The notes under the pieces are model-generated. The model saw only the letters and a program-made list of their open reading frames with translations, searched no databases and had not been told where the DNA came from. A stretch of 56,019 nt of DNA. Source: Basidiobolus meristosporus CBS 931.73 (taxonomy: Eukaryota > Fungi > Basidiobolomycota). Within the stretch, counting starts at the first letter, position 1, and each line of letters begins with the position of its first letter. This document shows positions 12,788 to 23,082 of this stretch, piece by piece. The DNA lies in contig MCFE01000583.1 of NCBI GenBank assembly GCA_002104905.1, forward strand, positions 1 through 56,019. The letters are read 5' to 3'. A program made the translations under genes and the position numbers.

Positions 12788-14243
12788 TGATCAGCTGGCC
12801 CCTGACATATCCGCATGAGATATTCTTGTCTGTACCTTAGTATATTTCCATCTTGGCATGCTCAACGCGCCTCACCCCAGAACCCCGTCAGTATTAGCCA
12901 ATATCCCTCAGCATCCATATTGCCAAAAAGTACATATAGTCCTATCCCCCTTATTTATTCCTCAGTCTGATAAACACAGGTCTTGAATAAACAGCCTTGC
13001 CTTGGAAATCTGCCTAGCCTTGTTGATCCACACCTAAGTCCTTTCCTGGTCCTGCCTTGCCTAGCTCTACTGTCCTACCTTGTGTCTATTCATAAAAGTT
13101 TTATCAGACTGATCTTGACTTACCTGTAGATCTCTGCCTTCTACCCAAAGTTCTTGAGAAGAGCTTGTAAAGGAATACCTACCATAAGTATCACCCAGAA
13201 TCTCTCCCTAGTTTTGTCCTTTAAAGGCAAAGATACTATCTTTGTAAGTTATTGGCCAAAACTGCATTCACCTTATTACCCTGCTGGTGTAGTTTACAAT
13301 TGTTACAGTATTGGAAGCCTTAGTACAATACTCTATCAAAATATGTTAAAGCCAGTACCTTCTGAAGTGATACTAGCTTATTCAAAGTTGGGGATTGTGG
13401 CTCAATATTTATATTCTTGACAAACTAGTGGCATTATAATGCAAATATTAGCTAGTAGTATTCAGTGTTCCTGAACAAGCTCAAGAAACCTCTTGACCTC
13501 CTGCTACCCAAACATGTCCAGTCCAGAGTACAACTTTACAAGTGTCACGACTGCCTTTGCCCAGCTGCAAGAAGACAATGCAGATCTTGGACACACTGTT
13601 GCTCAGCTTCACAGTCAAAATACTCAACAGCCTATCTATACTCCCTCCTACCATGATCCCAACATCACTTCCACTACTAAGTTCAGTGGCTCACAAAATG
13701 AGTTCCAAGGTTTCATCAACATAGTCAAACACCACTTGATGCTACAACCCAATTGGTTCCCAACAGATTAAGCAAAAGCTGGTTATATCTCTAACCTGCT
13801 CACTGGAACTGCCCAGAAATGGTTCACCACTTTGGTGGAAACCAACTCCCCTCTACGCAATGACTACAATGCCTTGCTCACAGAAATGGAGCTAAAATTT
13901 GGCAACATTGACCAAGCCAGAACTGCTGCCAACAAGATCAAGAAATTGAATTAAGGAAACAAAACTGCATCAGCCTATGATTCTGAATTCTGGCCACTAG
14001 CCAGTGACTTGATCCTTTGGGGTGATACTGCCCTAATTAGTCAATTTCATAATGGACTCAATGATGAAGTCAGTGACCTACTACTCACACTCCCTGACCC
14101 AACTAACCTGGGTAAAGCTATACAACAAGCAATCCAATGTGACAATTGCCTTTTCTAGAAGAAACAAAAGCTCCAGTATACTTATCAGGCAACCTCCTTC
14201 CTAGTAATCCAGTCACCCAGTACTAAGCCTGATGATGCTATGC
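12788..14243 (+). mobile_element. Ty3/gypsy family 2 (Tf1/sushi-like gag): 5'-truncated LTR 12788-13422 plus decayed gag
   Basis: LTR part is an inverted match to 32735-33370 and ends TGACA. Gag reads KFSGSQNEFQGFINIVKHHLMLQPNWFPTD*AKAGYISNLLTGTAQKWF, the pattern of Tf1/sushi/PEG10-type capsid N-termini. Confidence 0.75.
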
Positions 14244-14719
14244 AGCAGCATCTTCATCTTCACTTTGCACACTTGGTAGTTAGGTCCATCCAACTTTTCA
14301 GCACAGGGAAAAATTCCAGTAATAGCATAGTGGACATTGCAGAGAGTGACATCTTGGGCTAATAACCTGTTGCCAGAGTCTTAGGGATACTGGAATTGAC
14401 TTGGAGAGCAAGTTGATTATGTGGTCTTCACTTAATGATTCATTAAAATTGTCTAAAAGTAGTATTAAAATGTTACATATTCTTGTCATGACAAACATGT
14501 AGAATAGGTTTAGGAAGGTCCTAAGAGCATGTGTGCAAAGTTTGAGGCTGTTTGGACAACTTTGAGAATTTTCATGTTCTGGGTACCATACATCTTGGTG
14601 GAAATAGTCTAGGTAAATGCCAACAAAGAATTTGGGCAGTATACTCTAAACCTTAAAGGCAATGATGTATATGACTATGTTAAGTAAATATTTGGGTGAA
14701 ATTGCTAATTACCACAACA
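14244..14719 (-). mobile_element. Copia family 1 fragment: gag start, PBS and 5' LTR (14368-14719)
   Basis: Homologous to 41380-41836, with TGTTG...CAACA boundaries. Confidence 0.85.
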
Positions 14720-16662
14720 AAAGAAAGGTGTACTCTGTGGTGGAACATCTGTCTCCTAAATTTTGTCCTCAATCAGCATCAGAGTTTCTATTTGATGTAT
14801 AAAATATTTATATTTACTGCAATAGAAAATATTGATCCGATGGAATTTAACTTGGCTACTGGTGCAAAGGTCTGAGCATAGTCAAGTCCTTTGTGTTTGA
14901 GAATATCCTGTGACAACAGGTTTTGCATTGTAGCTTTTGATTGAACTATTGGCCTTGCATTTTGTCTTGAAGACCCATCTACATCTCATTGATTTTGGCT
15001 GATTGGTAATTTGACTAAGTCCCAAGTTTGATTTGCCAGCAGGGCCTGATACACTTAGGTCATTTCAGATCTCCAAGACACTGTCTGAAGACTATTTAGG
15101 ACCCCTTTTACAGTCTGAGGCTCATCAATATGGATTGAATAGGCACAGGATATGTTTGTTCCCACATTGATATAGTAATTTGGGCAATTTCTGGTTCAGT
15201 GGAATTGTAGAGTCTCTATGCTTTGCTCACACTGCAGTAATCCAAAAGTGTGCATTTTATACCTGTTAGCTTAAGTTTTAACTGATTCCCAGGCAGTTTC
15301 CTGGCATTTGCTGTCTGCCCAGATATTCCTAGATGTTTAGCACTTGGCCTGTATATGTGCTATGCTTTGAATGGAGTAAAACCACAAGATATCCTGTTAT
15401 AGCTCCTATTCCAAAGGCACACAGCTGTTGCAACCAATTCTACCCAATATTCATAGGATAACTTTGGATCAGGGAGCATAGATCTTGCCATATCAATTAT
15501 ACATTGCCTTACACATTCTGCCTCTCTATTATGCTATGGGGAGTATGCTACTGTAGTCTTTTGCTTTATCTCATAAAGTTTGCAGGGGATGATGGAGAGT
15601 TCTGAAGTATATTTACCATAATTGTCAGTGAGTATTTTCTTGATTTTTTCAACAGTTTCTGTCTCCACCATGGCTCTAAGCTCCCTGAGCTTGTATGGTG
15701 CATCTGTAGTGCAGATATGAATAGTGCATCTTCACTTGTGGCAGCATTTCCCTATTAAGACATAATTGGCTAATTATCTCACGCATGCTGAGTCAAGGCC
15801 CTGAAACTTGTTGGTCAAGCTATTCAGGATGGTTACTATCACATCCTCATCAGTGGTTGGCATGCCTGCATATTCCATCCCATCTACTAGCAAGGTGAGT
15901 CTGTTGGTGAAATTTTTATTTCTTCTATTGGCAGCATCTTTGAGCAAATAATTTTCATGTAAGATACATTTTCTTAGCCGCTGAGCATGACTGATATATG
16001 TTTTCTAATGACTTCCAAGCATTCTTTACTGTTTTGCTCTTGAGCTTTGAATTAGTAATTTGTACTTTGTATCAAGGCAAATTCAGTCAAAAGAGCTTTG
16101 TACCCTCTTCCAGTACTATAAAGTTTCTGCTCCCATGCTTTTAGGAGTATATTCTTCTCCCATGACAATATCCCAAAGGCATCTGTCGTGTAGTAGCATT
16201 TTCACCTTCACCATCCACACCTGGTAGTTAGATCCATCCAGCTTTTCAGCACAGGGATAAGTTCTAGTTAAACCAGTATTACTCATTGTAGAAAGTGACA
16301 GTTTGGGGCTCATGAGCTCTTGTCAGATTCTTGAAGCTATTGGAAGTGACTGGGAGAACAATTAGATTACATGGCCTTCATTTAATGATTTATTGAATGA
16401 ACAGACAGTATTAAACATTCACATGCTCTTGGCATAACAAACATGCAGAATAGGTTTAAGAAGGTCCCAAGAGTATGTGTGCAAAGCTTGGGGCTATTAG
16501 ACAACTTTGAAAATATTCAGGTTCTTGATATCTGATATTATGGTGAAATATTATATTTAAGTCCCCACAAGGCATATGTTCAGTATTCTCTGAGATTTGT
16601 GAGAATTGCTTTAAGTGACACTGTTAAGTGAATATATTGGTGGAATTACAAGTTTTACAACA
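14720..16662 (-). mobile_element. Multiply deleted copia family 1 copy (RH/RT/IN/gag remnants, 5' LTR about 16318-16662)
   Basis: Blocks collinear with 37927-41836 joined by deletions. ORF 16116-16313 MSPKLSLSTMSNTG... is the gag N-terminus. Confidence 0.8.
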
Positions 16663-16900
16663 AATATTAGTCTGATAGAATTAAACTTGGCTGCCAGTGC
16701 AAAGGTTTCAGTATAGTCCAGTCCTTTTGTTTGAGAATATCATTTGGCCACAAGTCCTGCTTTTTATCACTCAGTTGTACCATCAGCCCTATATTTACTC
16801 TTCAAGACCCATCTGAATTCAATTGCCATTTGGTTGATTACTATATTTACTAAGTTGCAATTTTGATTTTTCATTGTAGTGTGATAGTCCTCAGTCATTA
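16663..16900 (-). pseudogene. Copia RT N-terminal fragment
   Basis: Matches 38805-39040 (AATTAAACTTGGCT.CC.GTGCAAAGGT...). Confidence 0.75.
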
Positions 16901-18384
16901 CAGATAGCTAAAACTTTACCTAAGAGCTATTGACCCTTTGGATTTACATGGTTATCTGATTACATTGCGTGTGAAAACCTAAGGTTGTTTTTTCCCAAAG
17001 TTACAGATCTATTTGCTGGCTTCCCTTATCCACATTGCTCTATCAACTGGAGGCTGTTTGACTTGGAGACATGATGCAATTATGACTACCACCAGGCATG
17101 AAATTGATTCTTTCCCTACAGTTTTCAAGGGCCAACACATACATACAAGACACTATAGAGCAGTAATGCTCTACCAGCTGTCAAACCCCAGCAGTAATTA
17201 TTTTAATGTCAGGGCCATAAGCTGCTAAAAGAATAGAAAACTCTTTTCAGGGCATAAGTAGGCACCTCTGAGCTCATTTACATTGCCATAATAAATGATT
17301 TACTTCCTTATTGACCTAATTCCCTTCCATTAAGCAGTGTATTGAGTTGCACACTCTAAAACAGTGCTTCCCTATCTGTCAGGATCTGCTAACCCATGTC
17401 CAACTGCTGTTCACACAGAATCCTTATCCACTTCAGTATTTCAGTTGCCCAATGAAATACTTGCTGTAAGCATCAAGATCTGCACCAAAGGCCACTTGAT
17501 TTTGGATCACACCCAAAGCTTCTTAACAACTTCCATGCCTGACTACTTGTCAAGGCTGGGCTTTAACCTTGATGGTGAAGCATAGATACAATGCTTGAGC
17601 CCCATCTATTTTAATAGCTAGCTCATTTGGCAGCTGAGCCAATGCCCACTTCATATCAGATTCCAACCTCCATGGTCACTATCATGCAGTTTGGATGAAC
17701 ATACACCTTTTATGGTCTCTAAATGAGCATATGTTCTGGCACCTGAACATCATGCTTAGCTCATCCAGCGTTGCCAGTGCTTCTTATCAGAAATGACTGC
17801 CAGAAACTCTCAGTAAATAATCCACATCCACTTGAGTAACATGTATTGCATACATATTCAAAGTTTGTGAGTAGATTAAATACCATATCCCTAAGTTCTA
17901 TACTCATATGATATCCCTCATATAGTTGCTGAACTAGTTTCTGCTATTCTATTGGAAACTTTGCAGAAACCAGCTACCAGATTGTTTTATTAGTCTATCA
18001 TCCCCGTATATAAACTCAACAATCAACCTGCATGTCAGAAGTGCTACAAGTCTCTACCAGAGTTTCCTCTGCCACCACAGCAAGCTATCCACAAGAAGCT
18101 GATTCTCAGCCAGTAACACTGACTTCAAGTGTTGCCCTGCAGCAATTTCTTGTACTACATCACTCTTTTCATGTTCTTTCCAACCTTCCCTCATGATATT
18201 TGCTTGATATAGTACAGCTCAGTTACTCTATGGGATAGAGCTCTCTATAGACAGAAGTACCCAGACTATCACCTAAGCCAGCCCAAGTAGATACCAGATG
18301 TACATCAGAAGTACTAAACAGCAAACTCTATACCTGTTGCTACCCAAATGGAGACAAATCTTAATTGGGTTAATCAATGAGGAG

Positions 18385-18640
18385 TAGGTATGATGATCCT
18401 GTTAAATGACTGCCTCAAAATTAAAGTCCTGTGGCTAAAAGGTACTTATCCCATCAGGACACCATGCAAGGACTGCCAAAAAATCACTGAACCCCAGATT
18501 TCACTGAAAACTTGGTCAAGATTTTTCATCACAACAATACATAAGTGGCTTTTGATTGGTCCTCTGCCAATTCTCTCACTTTCTAATCCCAGACACTCAA
18601 TTAACTCCTATATTTGTAACCTTGACCAATGTCTTCATTC
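18385..18640 (+). mobile_element. CACTA left-end fragment
   Basis: Matches 3730-3970 (GATCC...GAGGTACT.ATCC..TCAGGACACCAT...CACAACAAT..ATAAGTGGCTTTT). Confidence 0.7.
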
Positions 18641-19729
18641 TTAGGCACAAGATATGCTATACATAGTATTTCCCATCACTATAGCACAGTTCTGACCTTT
18701 GGTAAACTATTAGGTTGATCTACTTTAATAATTAATTTCTTTATTTGGAAGTCACTTTCCTTGCTGAGAGATTATTTCCTAAAATGAAAATTCTGAGCTC
18801 TCCTTCAACCTCAAGGGGTGGGGTGTAGGGGTCACTAAAGGGGTCTTAAGACCTGCAAGGGTATCTAAAGGGGTGACTTTAGAGTAAAAGTACAAGTTAC
18901 AGTGGTCTCTAAAGTAAACTTTACATGGAAGGGGTGCCCAAAGGGGCAACTTTAGAGTAAAAGCACTTCTTAGAGGGGAAGTTTCAACAGAAATGCAGTA
19001 TTTTCTTGTATAACCTAGTTTGGATTATTGTAAGCTTTGCAGTCTCTTTACTGTTATAGCACCATTCAAAGTCAGAATACTCAGCAGTGCCAGTGATGCA
19101 GGCAAAGTCTTATAGCCTTTAAATTTGTAATGGAGATTCTTGAATGAGAGGCTCTCCTTTATTTTTCATCTGGGGAAGTCATATTTATGAAAATTCTGAA
19201 GGATCATAGTTTTTGGACAATTGCGCAAGCAATGCACACAACACAAATCTAAATTTTGCATTGGCACAGATGGGTTATAGGCATAGCACCTGTGAAAATA
19301 TTATGTGATGTGATTGGCAAGTTCAAAAGTTATAAGAAATCAAAGTCACCATAGTAATCCTAGCAATAGAGGCCTAGTAAATATGGTATTTGAGCTTTTT
19401 TGATCACAACTCCTTAAGTACTGCTTCAAATCAACTGTAATATGTTACAAAATACTTGGTCCAAACTCTCACCATATCAATCCAAAAGCAGCTTTTGATT
19501 GGCTCACTTCCCATGTTGTCACTTACTAGTCCCAGACACAGAATCGCCTGCTAATTTGTGTACATATATTAACTATTGCTTCTTTTCACAATATTTACTT
19601 CCTGACTAAACCAGTGATCTTGATTTTTATGCATACAAGTTTGCTTATTTCAACTCAATCTTTAGTTAGAACTCAATTGCCAATTTTACTGATGTAAAAA
19701 AGTTTAATGAACGGACAAAATGCAGTAGA

Positions 19730-20210
19730 GTACAGCTAGGCAAAGCCAGCCCAGGAAAGAACTTGGGCATGGATCATTAAGGTAAATTGGATTCCAAGGT
19801 TTGGCTTTTTACTAAAGACCTGTGTTAATCAGACTAAGAAATACATTGGGGAGGATAGAACAATGTATAGTACTTACATATATAGATGCCAAGGGACATT
19901 GGCAAATATTGGTGAGTCACAGTGAGTGTACCAAGATAGGAATATACTAATGAACATACTGGCCTATCATATGGGGATTTAGAAGTAGTCAGGTCAGCAT
20001 GAGACTTAGTCATGTGATGTTTGATTACCATATATGGTACAGAGCTAAATATTACTCATTGGGAGACTTCCACTGGATGTTTCATGGTGTAATGTTTGCT
20101 TGGAGCTTCCAAGAAGTTACCAGTATGGAGTGGCATTTTCAGGGATTTCTGCACAATCTTGATTAAGCTTTATCATTGGAGACCAGGGATAACATGTGGT
20201 CATAATAACA
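19730..20210 (-). repeat. Older gypsy family 2 LTR remnant
   Basis: Degenerate but collinear with 33090-33587, ending ATAACA where that copy ends ATGACA. Confidence 0.6.
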
Positions 20211-20339
20211 AGTCCCAATACCATACACCAATATTGAGCGCAACCTTATACTTAACAAGTAACATCATCAAAATCCACCATCCAATAGGTATTTTTTCTT
20301 AGATGCCTCTTCTTGATGACTTTGGGAGGAACCCCACTA

Positions 20340-21345
20340 CTTTATACCATAATATACTAACTGGTCACCATATGTTCTGGTCATCATCCAGTGCCACAGG
20401 GTCCAACACCTTCTCTACAAGTCTTGATGATAAATAGTTTCAACTTTAATGTGTTTTTTCTTCAGCACTGCTCTTGAAGAAGTACTGTAGCCTCTTGGTG
20501 TGCCTGTATTGTTCTAAAATCTCATTGTTGGCATTGTTATAGTTTTCTGGGTTCTTGATGTTGCTACTTTGACTGTCAGCAGGATATCCACTTTGTCTAT
20601 TTTGGAGGATATGGAGGGTGTGGTGGAGATACTGTGTTTTGTTGTAAGCTCATCTGCCTCACTGGAATGTGGCACAACTGATTGCACTTCCAACTCTTGA
20701 GAAAACAGTTGTAGCACTGCTGGTACTCTTCTTGGCTATTCCAGGACTCAGACTGTTCTATGTTTATGGCATCAGTTGGTGAAGACCCCAGCATTTGTCT
20801 CATGCTTCCAGGTCACTGGCCTGGGCAGACAATATCAAAGCTACCTTTGGCTTATCACAGTCAGGTCTTTTACTACTATTCTGACTGAATGCTGTTTGTA
20901 TTTAACTATATTTTGTCATCAATAAATTCTGCACTGGCACATCTGTTTGTACTGGCATGGTGCCGACTGGCACTCTTCTGGCAACCTGATGTTTCTTTGC
21001 TGCCTTTCTTGTGCTTATAGCCCCGCTGGTGACAAGCACCAAAGGAAGTAAGTGGTTTTCATCACTTACAGGTCTATTGCAGCTACTCTAACTGAGTGCT
21101 TTTTGAATGGAGTTACACTCTTACAGCATAATTATTGCATTGGTGCATTTGTTGCTACCAGCTTGTCCCTCGACAGCACTCTTTGGACTACCATATGTTA
21201 TTCTGCCACTTGTTTAGAGCCTTCAGCCCTCCCTTACAACAGGCTCTTGAGGAAGCTACTAGTTCTTAGCTGTAATACCCTTGTATTTCTCCCTTCAACA
21301 GTTTCTATTCTTGGGTTACTCTCTTAGCACACCAATGCTGGCCCA
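20340..21345 (-). pseudogene. CACTA ORF2 fragment
   Basis: ORFs 20514-20717 and 20597-20803 (ELEVQSVVPHSSEADEL) are homologous to 4400-4654. DNA is collinear with about 4240-5215. Confidence 0.75.
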
Positions 21346-21389
21346 ACATCAACTTGATTGCTTGTATCCTAAATAATGCTGAACTACTC

Positions 21390-22250
21390 ATGGGTCTTTG
21401 TCACATTGCCAATCAACAAAAACTCAACTAGATGTCAATGGACATAAAAGACAAGAAATAAGGTAGAGGGTACCATACAAACCTGCAAAGCAGGGCTTGT
21501 GGCCAAAGAATGCTCTCAAACAAGATAAGTGGACTACACAGAAGCCTTGACACTGGTAAATCAGTTCAATTCTTTTAATTAATACTGGCTATTACAGCCA
21601 AGTATAATTTTCTGCTTATTAAATGGATGTGAGAGCTGCACAAAGGAGTAGGGATTGTAATAATGGCATGCGCCTGCACCAGCCTGATGGATTTGCTGGC
21701 CAAGATAACTTGTACTTGAGCTGCAAGCCTAAAAATACACATTATGGACTTGAGCAATCACCCAGAGCCTGGAATTTTGTGATTGTGTCTTATTTGGAGT
21801 CCAAAAGATTCAGTACACCTATTACCAGCTCAATGAGTTTCCAGCTTAGAGAATATCCCAATATCTCATACTCAATGGATGCTGTCAGCCAGCACAATGA
21901 GAGCTGTGGATTCAATCATATTGCAAATTTTAAGTGGACTAAAATACTTAAGGGAACTGCTAATGATGGCCATAGATGGACCTATAGGTCCACAGAATAG
22001 AAGTTTCTGGGTTACTTTGACATCAATGGGGGACAAATCTAAAGGACAGCAGATGCACCAAATGATATATCTTGCTTTGTTACAAGGATTCATTCAATGG
22101 TATTCAGGAAAACAACCAGTAATTATTTTTTCAATCATAAAGTCATAGTGTATGGCAGCCTAGAAGGGAACAAAAGAAGCAATGTGGCTAAGAAGGCTAT
22201 TTAAGACTTAGGCTTAGATCAAATAGCCACCACACTATTGCCCTATGACA
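21390..22250 (+). pseudogene. Highly decayed copia RT/RNase H
   Basis: Contains GLVAKECSQ, YGLEQSPRAWNFVIVSYLES and IQWYSGKQPV, all homologous to the 37529-38940 region. Confidence 0.7.
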
Positions 22251-22289
22251 ACTAATTTCCTGTCAAAAACAATAGTAATATCATATCAG

Positions 22290-22880
22290 AAGGTCATCAC
22301 AAAATGTTAGTCCAATGACTAAGAGGCACTCATTCCATAAGGATACCTTGCACAGAATTTTAAAAAATAGACTTCAGATTTACAAAAAAATTGGTGAAAA
22401 TTTTTTGTCAGAACAATACAAAAGTGGCTTTTGAATGGTTCTCTGCCAATTCCTTCTGCTTCTGATCCCAGATACTAAATTTGTAACTACAATTATGTAT
22501 ATTGACTGACTAGTGCCTCTTTTCACAATACTTACCTCCTGACTAAACTAATGCATTTATTTATGCTTACAAATTGGTTTATATCTGCATATTTCTTAGT
22601 TCTAATTCAATTGTCAGTTACAGTGACTTATACAAATACCAATACCCAACACTAATATCATGCCCAATCACACAGTGAGCAGGTAACTCTTTTAAATCCA
22701 TCATTCTGTTTGCATTTCCACCAGAGCCCCTTTTTCCAGTACTTTGGCTGAAACCCAATGGCTTTAAGTGATTGTCAATTCACTGGTTCCCTTACATCCT
22801 AGTTTCCATCCAGCACTGTAAGGTCTAGCACCTCATCTGCTAGTCTTCTCAATAAATCCTTGCAGTATTTAAGTGAGTTT
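22290..22880 (+). mobile_element. CACTA left-end/ORF2 C-terminal fragment
   Basis: Collinear with 3760-4340. Confidence 0.7.
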
Positions 22881-23082
22881 ATTGTTGCCAACTATGAAGT
22901 GCCATGGTCATAAGGAGCATATCACAAAAGAATGATGATAGCTGAACTGTTGATTATTCTTCAAAAAGCTTGGTATTTATACCTTTGTGGATGTAATACA
23001 AATTGAAAACCAAGTAAAACAAGTCTCTAAGCATTCAGGAGTATACTTAGTAAAAGTGCTAATTTGATCTTGACTATGTGGG

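Noticed and set aside
13154-13420. 88-aa ORF nearly identical to the 84-aa ORF at 32749-33003, resembling a duplicated gene
   Set aside because: Both lie inside gypsy-2 LTR copies and begin at a non-ATG codon. Identity reflects DNA repeat identity, not protein conservation.
14240-14255. Gypsy-2/copia junction at the same copia gag site (GCAGCATC) as the solo-LTR insertion at 33588
   Set aside because: The relative orientations differ and 14244 looks like a deletion junction with GCAGC microhomology. Two events are insufficient to claim site-specific targeting.
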